From Candidatus Omnitrophota bacterium (GTDB taxonomy: Bacteria > Omnitrophota > Gorgyraeia > Duberdicusellales > 4484-171), in assembly GCA_021735045.1 (NCBI GenBank), contig JAIPHU010000012.1, positions 3,917-35,916 on the forward strand: 32,000 bases of DNA, in the 5' to 3' direction. The translations under genes and the position numbers were made by a program. The notes beneath the pieces are model-generated. The model was not told the origin of the DNA. It searched no databases and saw nothing but the letters and a program-made list of their open reading frames with translations. Every line of letters starts with the position of its first letter. Position 1 is the stretch's first letter. Below are positions 17,444-25,139 of the stretch, piece by piece.

Positions 17444-17516
17444 GAGCCGCTAGCTCAGTTGGTAGAGCACCGCCCTTTTAAGGCGGGTGTCCCGAGTTCG
17501 AGCCTCGGGCGGCTCA
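17444..17516 (+). tRNA. tRNA-Lys (anticodon UUU), no encoded CCA
   Basis: Hand-folded cloverleaf. Acceptor GAGCCGC/GCGGCTC, D stem GCTC/GAGC, anticodon stem CCGCC/GGCGG with loop CTTTTAA, and T stem CCGAG/CTCGG with loop TTCGAGC. Length 73 nt. Confidence 0.9.
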
Positions 17517-17519
17517 CTT

Positions 17520-17601
17520 GCCGCGGTGGCGGAATTGGCAGACGCGCTGGACTTAGAATCCAGTCTCGCAAGAGGTGGGAGTTCGACTCTCCCCCGCGGC
17601 A
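17520..17601 (+). tRNA. tRNA-Leu (anticodon UAG), class II with long variable arm
   Basis: Acceptor GCCGCGG/CCGCGGC, anticodon stem CTGGA/TCCAG with loop CTTAGAA, variable arm CTC-GCAA-GAG and T arm GGGAG-TTCGACT-CTCCC. Length 82 nt. Confidence 0.9.
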
Positions 17602-17668
17602 GTTATACGTTCTTTATTCTAATGCAACAAAACAGGTTCAAACAAAAATGTTGCATAAGCTTTAATAA

Positions 17669-17699
17669 GGCACTTCGCCGAGGAATTCGGCTTAGTGCC
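17669..17699 (+). repeat. conserved two-part hairpin GGCACT-TC-GCCGA-GGAAT-TCGGC-TT-AGTGCC (family 4, copy 1)
   Basis: The same architecture and the core CGCCGAG-K-AATTCGGCTTA recur at 31886-31917 and 31961-31992. Confidence 0.65.
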
Positions 17700-17738
17700 G
17701 CGAAAAACAGAGGAATACTCTAGATAATTGCGTTTTTC

Positions 17739-17811
17739 GCGGGTGTAGCTCAGCTGGTAGAGCGTCACGTTGCCAACGTGAAGGTCGGGGGTTCGAAACC
17801 CCTCGCCCGCT
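17739..17811 (+). tRNA. tRNA-Gly (anticodon GCC)
   Basis: Acceptor GCGGGTG/CGCCCGC (one G-U pair), D stem GCTC/GAGC, anticodon stem TCACG/CGTGA with loop TTGCCAA and T arm GGGGG-TTCGAAA-CCCCT. Length 73 nt. Confidence 0.9.
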
Positions 17812-17925
17812 TTTTTTGTTTTTTGGTTGAAAGAGGCCTTGAGATAATCTGTGGGTAATTTGAGAGAGTTTTCGGAAACAATTATAGTCCCTTCGGGACA
17901 CTTCGCCTGCGGCGAAGATTGTTTA

Positions 17926-17947
17926 CGAAACCCCTCGCCCGCTTTTT
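17926..17947 (+). repeat. 22-nt perfect direct duplicate of the tRNA-Gly 3' end plus trailing Ts (att-like scar)
   Basis: CGAAACCCCTCGCCCGCTTTTT at 17794-17815 (T-loop through acceptor 3' strand, plus T-run) is repeated exactly at 17926-17947. Confidence 0.85.
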
Positions 17948-17954
17948 CATTATA

Positions 17955-18122
17955 AATTGGTTAAGTGGTGGGTAGAATAATCAACGATTTTACAAAGACA
18001 ATCATCAACGAATATCCGAATCAATTACAAATGTACGAATATTCATAATCCCATTCGTATATTCGTAGGAGATTAGTAAATTCGATGATTATCTGCATTC
18101 GCTAATGATAACTAATTAACCA
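17955..18122. repeat. long imperfect palindrome built from ACGAAT/ATTCGT words (family 1, copy 2), with short inverted termini
   Basis: Termini AATTGGTTAA (17955-17964) and TTAACCA (18116-18122). Arms GACAATCATCAACGAAT (17997-18013) with ATTCGATGATTATC (18080-18093), and TACGAATAT (18034-18042) with ATATTCGTA (18059-18067). ATTCGTATATTCGTA (18053-18067) and AATAATCAACGA (17976-17987) are identical to words in 4475-4586. Confidence 0.7.
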
Positions 18123-18137
18123 GCTAACTAAATTAAT

Positions 18138-18608
18138 ATGGATATAGTCAGTTACCTAGATAAAGATAATATTGTTTTTGGCTCCAAGCAAAAAAATAAA
18201 AAAAGTGTCATTTCTTTTATGCTAGATAATTTAGTATCTTGTAGTAAATTAACTAAAAGAAATAAAAAAGACATTTTAACTACTATAATTCAAAGAGAGG
18301 AGATGGGTTCGACTGCTATCGGCGGCAATATTGCTCTTCCCCATGCCCGGATCAATTCAGTTAAAAATATTCTACTTTCTCTATGTATAGTTGAAGACGG
18401 AGTTGAGTTTGACTCACTTGATGAGAAACCAGTCAATATTATAGTTCTACTTCTTTCCAATAAGATGCAAGCAGGTATCCATCTTAAAGCTTTGGCTTTT
18501 TTAGCTAGAATGTTAAGAGATAAATATTTTGTTCAAGCTTTAAAAAAGACAAAGGATAGAGAAGAAATCATTAATTTATTAAACAAGCAGCAACAGGCTG
18601 TGAGCTAA
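18138..18608 (+). CDS. ptsN: PTS EIIA(Ntr)-type protein (fructose/mannitol-family IIA domain, PtsN-like)
   Basis: A 156-aa protein with the phosphorylatable His motif GGNIALPHARI. It is a standalone IIA with no IIB or IIC nearby. No obvious SD lies upstream. Confidence 0.75.
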   Translation: MDIVSYLDKDNIVFGSKQKNKKSVISFMLDNLVSCSKLTKRNKKDILTTIIQREEMGSTAIGGNIALPHARINSVKNILLSLCIVEDGVEFDSLDEKPVNIIVLLLSNKMQAGIHLKALAFLARMLRDKYFVQALKKTKDREEIINLLNKQQQAVS

Positions 18609-18615
18609 TTATCTG

Positions 18616-19881
18616 ATGAAAAAACTTGTAAAATTTATAAAGTGGTTTTACCCTGGATTACGGGTTAAAAGATGGGTAAGTTTACTTTTAGTGAGCTTAT
18701 TTTTTCTTATTTTTTCTGCTGTCCGTCTTTCTTTTGATACTATTTTTCTCCTAAAAGTTTTTGATATCTTTCTTTTAGTTATTTCTTTTGTGGGTGTGGC
18801 TGTAGGATTTTCTTCTTTGTTGCATAGTTTTTTCCAGGTAGTTTATCCTCAGAGCCGTCAGGGGATGATTGATTTAATATATGAGAAAAGATTTTTATCA
18901 AAAGGGCCTAAAATTGTAGCAATTGGCGGTGGAACTGGTCTTTCAACATTGTTGGATGGATTAAAGAAATATACCGCAAATATTACAGCAATTGTTACTG
19001 TAGCTGATGAGGGAGGTTCTTCAGGCCGCCTGCGGGAAGAGTTTGGAATATTACCTCCTGGGGATATTAGAAATTGTCTTGTATCTTTGGCTGAAACCCC
19101 TCAACTTATGCGAGATCTTTTTCAGTATCGCTTTAAAGAAGGACAAGGGATTAAAGGACATAGCTTTGGCAATCTTTTTATTACTGCCATGACTCAAGTT
19201 AGCGGAAGCTTTAAAGATGCAATAAAAGAATCCAGTATTATTTTAGCTATAAGGGGAAAAGTCCTACCTTCTTCGCTTTTGAACTTGCGGATTAAGGCTG
19301 ATTATTTAGACGGAACAACTACTAAAGGTGAGGATAGAATTCCAAAAAATAAAAGTAATATAAAAAGATTACACCTGATGCCTAAAGATGCAAAATCTAA
19401 TCCAGAAGCAATTGCCGCAGTAAACGAAGCAGATATAATAATTTTTGGGCCAGGTAGTTTGTTTACTAGCGTGATTCCAAATTTATTAATTAAAGATTTA
19501 CGTGATGCAATAGCACGGCGACAGGTGATGAAACTATATGTGTGCAATGTTATGACCCAAGAAGGAGAAACAGACGACTATACTGCTGCAGACCATCTAC
19601 GGCAAATTGTTTCACATACCAATGACAATATTATAAATTGTTGTCTTGTCAACTCGGGTCGATTAACTTCAGATTTACTATCTAAGTATGCTCAGCAAAA
19701 ATCATTTCCTGTTTTGTTTGACCGAAAAAGATTAAGAAAAATGGGTGTTTCCATTTATGAAGCAGATGTAATAAATAAGACTGATTATCTAAGGCATAAT
19801 CCTTATAAAACAGCTCGAGAAATAATTCGTATTTATAATAAACGAAGGAAAAAATGGCTAGGCTTGAGAAACAGGTTTTAA
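18616..19881 (+). CDS. yvcK: YvcK/CofD-family (UPF0052, gluconeogenesis-factor-like) protein with an N-terminal two-helix membrane anchor
   Basis: IVAIGGGTGLSTLLDGLK, LPPGDIRNCL, GHSFGNLF and FGPGSLFTSVIPNL. The first 85 or so residues contain two hydrophobic helices. Confidence 0.8.
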   Translation: MKKLVKFIKWFYPGLRVKRWVSLLLVSLFFLIFSAVRLSFDTIFLLKVFDIFLLVISFVGVAVGFSSLLHSFFQVVYPQSRQGMIDLIYEKRFLSKGPKIVAIGGGTGLSTLLDGLKKYTANITAIVTVADEGGSSGRLREEFGILPPGDIRNCLVSLAETPQLMRDLFQYRFKEGQGIKGHSFGNLFITAMTQVSGSFKDAIKESSIILAIRGKVLPSSLLNLRIKADYLDGTTTKGEDRIPKNKSNIKRLHLMPKDAKSNPEAIAAVNEADIIIFGPGSLFTSVIPNLLIKDLRDAIARRQVMKLYVCNVMTQEGETDDYTAADHLRQIVSHTNDNIINCCLVNSGRLTSDLLSKYAQQKSFPVLFDRKRLRKMGVSIYEADVINKTDYLRHNPYKTAREIIRIYNKRRKKWLGLRNRF

Positions 19882-20117
19882 TAGAAAGAAAACATGGGTT
19901 GCACGCAAGGCCTGCTACTTTGTTTGTACAGCTGGCTAACAAATTTAATTCATCGATTAAAATAAAACATCAAAAAGAAGTTGTTGATGGAAAATCAATA
20001 ATTGCTATTTTAAGTTTAGGCCTTAATAAAGGGGCAAAGATTAAAATTATTGCTGAAGGCGAGGACGCTCAAGAAGCCCTAGAAGAGCTGGCAACATTTA
20101 TAAAAGAAAATGGCTGA
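19854..20117 (+). CDS. ptsH: phosphocarrier protein HPr/NPr
   Basis: An 87-aa protein with active-site HGLHARPA (His17) and a Ser46-type region (VDGKSIIAILSLG). It overlaps the end of yvcK by 28 nt. Confidence 0.85.
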   Translation: MARLEKQVLIERKHGLHARPATLFVQLANKFNSSIKIKHQKEVVDGKSIIAILSLGLNKGAKIKIIAEGEDAQEALEELATFIKENG

Positions 20118-20148
20118 GTTTAGCCGATAAATAAAACAGGGAGGAAAA

Positions 20149-21906
20149 ATGATTAAGCGCAAGGGGATAGTTGCTTCTGGTGGAGTAGGTATAGGAAAAA
20201 CATACCTAATTAGAGAAGATGATCTTTTTGTGCCTAAAAAGAGTATTGCCTATAGTGAAATATCAAGAGAAATTTATAGGTTTGAAGAAGCTTTGATTAA
20301 AACTCGCCGCCAGATATCTAATATTCAAGAAAAAATATCAAAAGAAATTGGTTTTGACCATGGTAGAATTTTTGAAGCTCATTTTCTTGTTTTAGAAGAT
20401 AGAGTATTAATAGAAGACGTAATAAAACAGATAAAAAATAATCGAGTAAACGTAGAGTATGCTTTTTCTCAAAGTATTAAAAAATACATAGACACTTTAC
20501 TTAAACTTAACGATGAATATTTAAGGGAAAGAGTAGTAGATATAAAAGATATCGCTCGGCGGGTAATAAAAGCTATGCTTAAAGAAAAAAGTGCAAAGTT
20601 GATGAGCCTAAAAGAAAAAAGAGTTATTGTGGCCCATGGCTTAACTCCTTCACAAGCTGCAGATATTCCTAAAGAAAAAGTAATAGCTTTTATTACTGAT
20701 GTAGGAGGAAGGACTTCTCATACTGCGATTATTGCAAGAAGTTTGGGAATTCCAGCTGTAGTAGGGCTTAAAGATATTACAAAAAATGTTAAAGAAGCAG
20801 ATAATGTAATAGTCGACGGTTTTTCTGGTACAGTAATTGTCAAACCAACTAAAAAAACGCTTGATAATTATAAGAAAAAAATAGACAGATACTCTAAAGA
20901 GATAAAAGCTGCTAAGAAGCCTAAAATTGGTAAAGCTGTTACTAAAGATGGCAGGCAGATAGATGTTTCTGCTAATATCGAGTTACCTGAAGAACTGGGA
21001 CTGGTTAAAAAATATGGAGCTGATGGAGTAGGGCTTTACCGGACAGAATATATTTTCTTGGGCAAAAGAGATCTTCCTTCAGAAGAACAGCAATATAAAG
21101 CTTATTTAAATGTTGCTAGAAAAAGCAAACCAGCACCGGTTATAATTAGAACTATTGATATCGGTGGTGATAAATTTTTATCCCGTTCTGATGTTCCCCA
21201 AGAGATGAGCCCGTTTTTAGGCTGGAGGGCAATCCGTTTTTGCTTAGCTCGTCCGGCTATATTTAAAGTTCAAATTCGCGCGATACTTAGAGCTTCAGCC
21301 GAAGAAAATGTAAAAATGATGTTTCCGATGATTTCAGGGATTGAAGAGCTGCTTCAGGCAAAAAAAATAGTTGCTAGTTGTAAAAAAGAACTAAAAAAAG
21401 AAAAGAAAAAGTTTGATGAAAATATAAAAATAGGAGCAATGATTGAAGTTCCTTCAGCAGCTTTAACTGCTGATATTTTAGCAAAAGAATGTGATTTTTT
21501 TAGTATTGGTACCAATGACTTAATTCAATATTCTTTAGCTGTAGACAGGGCAAATGAAAAAGTTGCTTATTTATATGAACCGGGACATCCGGCAGTTTTA
21601 AGGTTAGTCAAAAACATTGTTGCAGATGCTCACAAAGCTAATATTTGGGTGGGGATGTGTGGCGAGATGTCAGCTGAGCCTACACTAGCGTTTTTTCTTC
21701 TTGGCCTTGGCTTAGATGAATTTAGTATGCCACCGCCACAGGTATTAAAAATTAAAGAGTTAATTCAAAGGGTAAAATTTAGTGATGCTAAAGCAGCTGC
21801 AGAAAAAGCGGTTAATTTTTCTACAGCTAAAGAAGTAGAAAAATACTTAAAAAGCAAATTGCGAAAAGTTTTAGATAAGGACTTTTTTAACTTTCTCAAT
21901 GTATAA
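20149..21906 (+). CDS. ptsI: phosphoenolpyruvate-protein phosphotransferase (PTS Enzyme I)
   Basis: GGRTSHTAIIARSLGIPAVVG (active-site His), GLYRTEYIF, FSIGTNDLIQY, a 585-aa length and a strong SD (GGGAGGAAAA). Confidence 0.95.
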   Translation: MIKRKGIVASGGVGIGKTYLIREDDLFVPKKSIAYSEISREIYRFEEALIKTRRQISNIQEKISKEIGFDHGRIFEAHFLVLEDRVLIEDVIKQIKNNRVNVEYAFSQSIKKYIDTLLKLNDEYLRERVVDIKDIARRVIKAMLKEKSAKLMSLKEKRVIVAHGLTPSQAADIPKEKVIAFITDVGGRTSHTAIIARSLGIPAVVGLKDITKNVKEADNVIVDGFSGTVIVKPTKKTLDNYKKKIDRYSKEIKAAKKPKIGKAVTKDGRQIDVSANIELPEELGLVKKYGADGVGLYRTEYIFLGKRDLPSEEQQYKAYLNVARKSKPAPVIIRTIDIGGDKFLSRSDVPQEMSPFLGWRAIRFCLARPAIFKVQIRAILRASAEENVKMMFPMISGIEELLQAKKIVASCKKELKKEKKKFDENIKIGAMIEVPSAALTADILAKECDFFSIGTNDLIQYSLAVDRANEKVAYLYEPGHPAVLRLVKNIVADAHKANIWVGMCGEMSAEPTLAFFLLGLGLDEFSMPPPQVLKIKELIQRVKFSDAKAAAEKAVNFSTAKEVEKYLKSKLRKVLDKDFFNFLNV

Positions 21907-21918
21907 TCGGGGGATAAT

Positions 21919-22977
21919 ATGAAAATTGATGAAATTAGAAAAAAAATAGACAAAATTGACGAAAAAATTTTAAAAGACCTAAATCAAAGAGCCAAAGAAG
22001 TTTTAAAAATATCAAATTTAAAAAAGAAGAATAAAATAAGACGATATTCTCCTGAACGAGAAAGTAAAATTATCAGAAGATTAAATAAAATTAATGAAGG
22101 ACCGTTTAACAAAGAGGATATTCAAAATATATTTATAGAAATTCTTTCTGCGTCTCGTTCACAAAGAGAAGAGCTTAAGATAGTTTATCTTGGGCCCGAA
22201 GGTACCTTTACTCATCTAGCTGCTAGAAAGAAATTTGGAAAAAAATGTCAATACTTACCAGCCGAAGGCATATCTGATGTATTCTATAAAATAGAAAAGG
22301 ATCAGGCAAACTTTGGAGTAGTTCCTGTAGAAAATTCTACTGAAGGAGTGATAAATCATACCTTGGATATGTTTTTTACTTCCAATTTAAGTATTTGTGC
22401 AGAGGTTACTTTAAATATTTCCCATTTTCTTTTGGGAAGAACTAATTCTAAAATAAAAAGAATTTATTCTAATCCTCAGGTTTTTCCTCAATGTAGAAAA
22501 TGGATTGCTAGGCATCTTGCTGATGCAGAATTGATACCAATGACTTCAACTGCAAAAGCTGCTCAGCAAGCTAAAAGTGACCGTTGGGGTGCTTGTATTG
22601 GAGGTAAAATCCTAGCTGATCTTTATGATTTAAAGATAATAGCTAGTTCAATTGAAGATCTGTCTTCTAACTATACAAGATTTTTAGTCATTGCCCCTTT
22701 AGATAGTGCTCCTTCAGGAAATGATAAAACTTCTGTATTGTTCTCAGTAAAAGATAAGGTGGGAGCTTTATATGATGTATTATCTACTTTTGGCCAGAAT
22801 AAAATAAATCTTACAAAAATAGAATCTCGTCCTTCTAAAAAGAAGCCTTGGGAATATTATTTTTTTGTAGATTTAGAAGGCCATAAGAGTTCAAAACGCC
22901 TTGAAAAAGCATTAGATAAACTAAAAGAACAATGTATTTTTGTTAAAGTATTAGGGTCTTATCCGAAAGAGAAATAA
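21919..22977 (+). CDS. pheA: bifunctional chorismate mutase / prephenate dehydratase (P-protein) with C-terminal ACT domain
   Basis: N-terminal CM helix (IRKKIDKIDEKILKDLNQRA), the PDT core (VYLGPEGTFTH...VPVENSTEGV...NYTRFLVI) and an ACT domain with ESRPS. Confidence 0.9.
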   Translation: MKIDEIRKKIDKIDEKILKDLNQRAKEVLKISNLKKKNKIRRYSPERESKIIRRLNKINEGPFNKEDIQNIFIEILSASRSQREELKIVYLGPEGTFTHLAARKKFGKKCQYLPAEGISDVFYKIEKDQANFGVVPVENSTEGVINHTLDMFFTSNLSICAEVTLNISHFLLGRTNSKIKRIYSNPQVFPQCRKWIARHLADAELIPMTSTAKAAQQAKSDRWGACIGGKILADLYDLKIIASSIEDLSSNYTRFLVIAPLDSAPSGNDKTSVLFSVKDKVGALYDVLSTFGQNKINLTKIESRPSKKKPWEYYFFVDLEGHKSSKRLEKALDKLKEQCIFVKVLGSYPKEK

Positions 22978-22997
22978 TTAAAATCATAAGATTAAAT

Positions 22998-24086
22998 ATG
23001 AAATACAGAAAAGAATTAGACAAAATCAATGCTTACAAACCAGGTAAACCGATTGAAGAACTAAAGCGCGAGAAAAAATTAACTAAGATTCATAAGTTAG
23101 CTTCTAACGAAATTCCTTTTAAACCAACCTATATTTATAAAGCGGTAAATAAAGAGTTAAAAAATATAAATCGCTATCCAGAAAGCTCCTGTTTTTACTT
23201 AAAAAACAAATTAGCGAAAAAATTAAAAGTAAAAACTAATTCAATAGTATTTGGCAATGGATCAGATGAAATTATTACTTTAGTGCTCCGTACTTTTATT
23301 GAAGCTGGAGATGAGGTTATTGTCGCTTCTCCTTCTTTTTTGATTTATGAGATACAAGCGCGTATTTTTGGGGCGAAAGTAGTTGAGGTACCTTTGAAGA
23401 AATATGCATATCACTTAAATGGTATTAGAAAAAAAATCACAAAAAAAACTAAAATTATTTTTATTGCTAATCCGGATAATCCTACCGGGACCTACTTGGA
23501 TCAAAATCAAATAAATAATTTTGTGGAAAAAGTACCAAAAAACGTGCTTTTGTTTTTTGATGAAGCTTATTTTGAATTTGCTCCCAATGATTTTCCAAAA
23601 ACAGTTAAACTTCTAAAAAAAAGGAAGAATATTATTGTAACTCGTACTTTCTCCAAAGCTTATGGCTTGGCAGGTTTAAGAATTGGTTACGGGATAACTA
23701 ATAAAAAAATAGCTGATTTGATTAACAAAGTAAAAGAGCCGTTTAATATAAATCGCATAGCTCAGGTAGCTGCGCGAGTAGCTCTAGAAAACAAAAGTTT
23801 TGTTAGAAAAGTTATTAATTTTACAAATAAAGAAAAAAGATATTTCTATAACCAATTTGATCAATTAGGAATTTCTTATATAAATAGTGCAACCAACTTT
23901 ATTACAGTCAATTTTAAAAAAAATACAAAAAAACTTTATCGGTATATGTTAGGCCAGGGTATGATAATTCGCGAATTAAGTGGATGGGGATTAACTAATC
24001 ATTTTCGGGTAACCATTGGTACTCATCTACAAAACCAAAAGTTTATTAAACTGCTAAAAGATTATATAGGGAGGAAAAAGAAATGA
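22998..24086 (+). CDS. hisC: histidinol-phosphate / aromatic-amino-acid aminotransferase (class II PLP)
   Basis: LASNEIPF, GNGSDEII, NPDNPTG and the PLP-lysine motif RTFSKAYGLAGLRIGY. Confidence 0.85.
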   Translation: MKYRKELDKINAYKPGKPIEELKREKKLTKIHKLASNEIPFKPTYIYKAVNKELKNINRYPESSCFYLKNKLAKKLKVKTNSIVFGNGSDEIITLVLRTFIEAGDEVIVASPSFLIYEIQARIFGAKVVEVPLKKYAYHLNGIRKKITKKTKIIFIANPDNPTGTYLDQNQINNFVEKVPKNVLLFFDEAYFEFAPNDFPKTVKLLKKRKNIIVTRTFSKAYGLAGLRIGYGITNKKIADLINKVKEPFNINRIAQVAARVALENKSFVRKVINFTNKEKRYFYNQFDQLGISYINSATNFITVNFKKNTKKLYRYMLGQGMIIRELSGWGLTNHFRVTIGTHLQNQKFIKLLKDYIGRKKK

Positions 24087-25099
24087 TTATTGTTTTAAAA
24101 AAGGGCACAAAACAAAAAGATATTGATAGTTTACTTGAAAAGGTAAAAAGTTTGGGGCTTAAGCCGATGGTCTCACAAGGACAAGAGAGAACAATTGTAG
24201 GGGTGATTGGCCCTGAAGATGTTATCCGGCTTCAACCCTTGGAAGCTTATCCTGGTGTAGATAAAGTTATGCCAGTTTTAGCTCCTTATAAGTTAGTTTC
24301 TCGAGAGTTTAAGCAAGAAGATAGTGTAGTTAAGATAAGAGATTCAGTTGAGTTTGGTGCAAAAAAAGTAACAATTATTGCCGGCCCTTGTTCAATTGAG
24401 ACAAAAGATCAGCTTCATCAAGTAGCAGAAAGAGTAAAAAAGACAGGAGGCTCTTTGCTCCGCGGTGGAGCCTTTAAACCAAGAACTTCTCCTTATAGTT
24501 TCCAAGGATTAGGGCAAGAAGGTTTAAAAATTTTAAAAGATACATCTAAAGAGTTTGATATACCTACTGTAACTGAGGTTATGGATACAAGAGATGTTGA
24601 ACTTGTAGCTCGTTATGCAGATGTGCTTCAGATTGGAGCACGAAATATGCAAAATTTTAATCTCCTAAAAGAAGTAGGACAAACAAAAAAACCAATTATC
24701 TTAAAAAGGGGTTTAACTGCTACGGTAAAGGAGCTGCTAATGAGCGCTGAGTATATTTTATCTGAAGGAAATTTTAATGTAATTTTGTGTGAAAGGGGGA
24801 TTAGAACTTTCAGTGAATTTACCCGCAATACTCTAGACATAAGTGCTATTCCGGTTATCAAGATGCATTCTCACCTTCCGGTTATTGTCGATCCTTCTCA
24901 TGCTGCAGGCAAGTGGGGCTTGGTTAACCCTTTAAGCAAGGCAGCTGTAGCAGCGGGGGCAGATGGGCTTTTGGTTGAAGTTCATCCTAACCCCAAAGAA
25001 GCTTTAAGTGATGGGCCGCAACAGTTATTACCGGAAAACTTTGATATTTTGATAAAGGAAACAAGACAAGTTGCCGAATCAGTGGGAAGAGAATTATAA
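24083..25099 (+). CDS. aroF: 3-deoxy-7-phosphoheptulonate (DAHP) synthase, type I-beta with an N-terminal ferredoxin-like regulatory domain (Thermotoga type)
   Basis: At 338 aa it appears collinear with the Thermotoga maritima DAHPS sequence as I recall it. Motifs are KPYKLVSREF, IAGPCS.E, LRGGA.KPRTSPYSFQGLG, IGARN.QNF, CERGIRTF, RNTLDISA.P and DPSH. Confidence 0.9.
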   Translation: MIIVLKKGTKQKDIDSLLEKVKSLGLKPMVSQGQERTIVGVIGPEDVIRLQPLEAYPGVDKVMPVLAPYKLVSREFKQEDSVVKIRDSVEFGAKKVTIIAGPCSIETKDQLHQVAERVKKTGGSLLRGGAFKPRTSPYSFQGLGQEGLKILKDTSKEFDIPTVTEVMDTRDVELVARYADVLQIGARNMQNFNLLKEVGQTKKPIILKRGLTATVKELLMSAEYILSEGNFNVILCERGIRTFSEFTRNTLDISAIPVIKMHSHLPVIVDPSHAAGKWGLVNPLSKAAVAAGADGLLVEVHPNPKEALSDGPQQLLPENFDILIKETRQVAESVGREL

Positions 25100-25125
25100 T
25101 GTAGGGGCGAAGCTTGTCTTCGCCC
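25096..25125 (+). repeat. GTAG-headed GC-rich hairpin fused to the aroF stop codon (family 3, copy 2)
   Basis: ATAATGTAGGGGC (25096-25108) is identical to 8760-8772. Stem GGGCGAAG (25105-25112) pairs with CTTCGCCC (25118-25125) around the loop CTTGT. Confidence 0.6.
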
Positions 25126-25139
25126 GATAAAATTAAAAA

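Noticed and set aside
17438-17901. Three ORFs from the six-frame track (17438-17665 +, 17487-17723 +, 17692-17901 -) lie across the tRNA cluster.
   Set aside because: They are translations of the GC-rich tRNA-Lys, tRNA-Leu and tRNA-Gly genes and their spacers. The cloverleaf folds explain the sequence completely.
17816-17925. A genuine integrated genomic island between the tRNA-Gly repeats.
   Set aside because: Only about 110 bp lies between the repeats, with no ORF and no integrase. At most it is a scar or an empty hotspot. It is reported as a finding, not as a mobile element feature.
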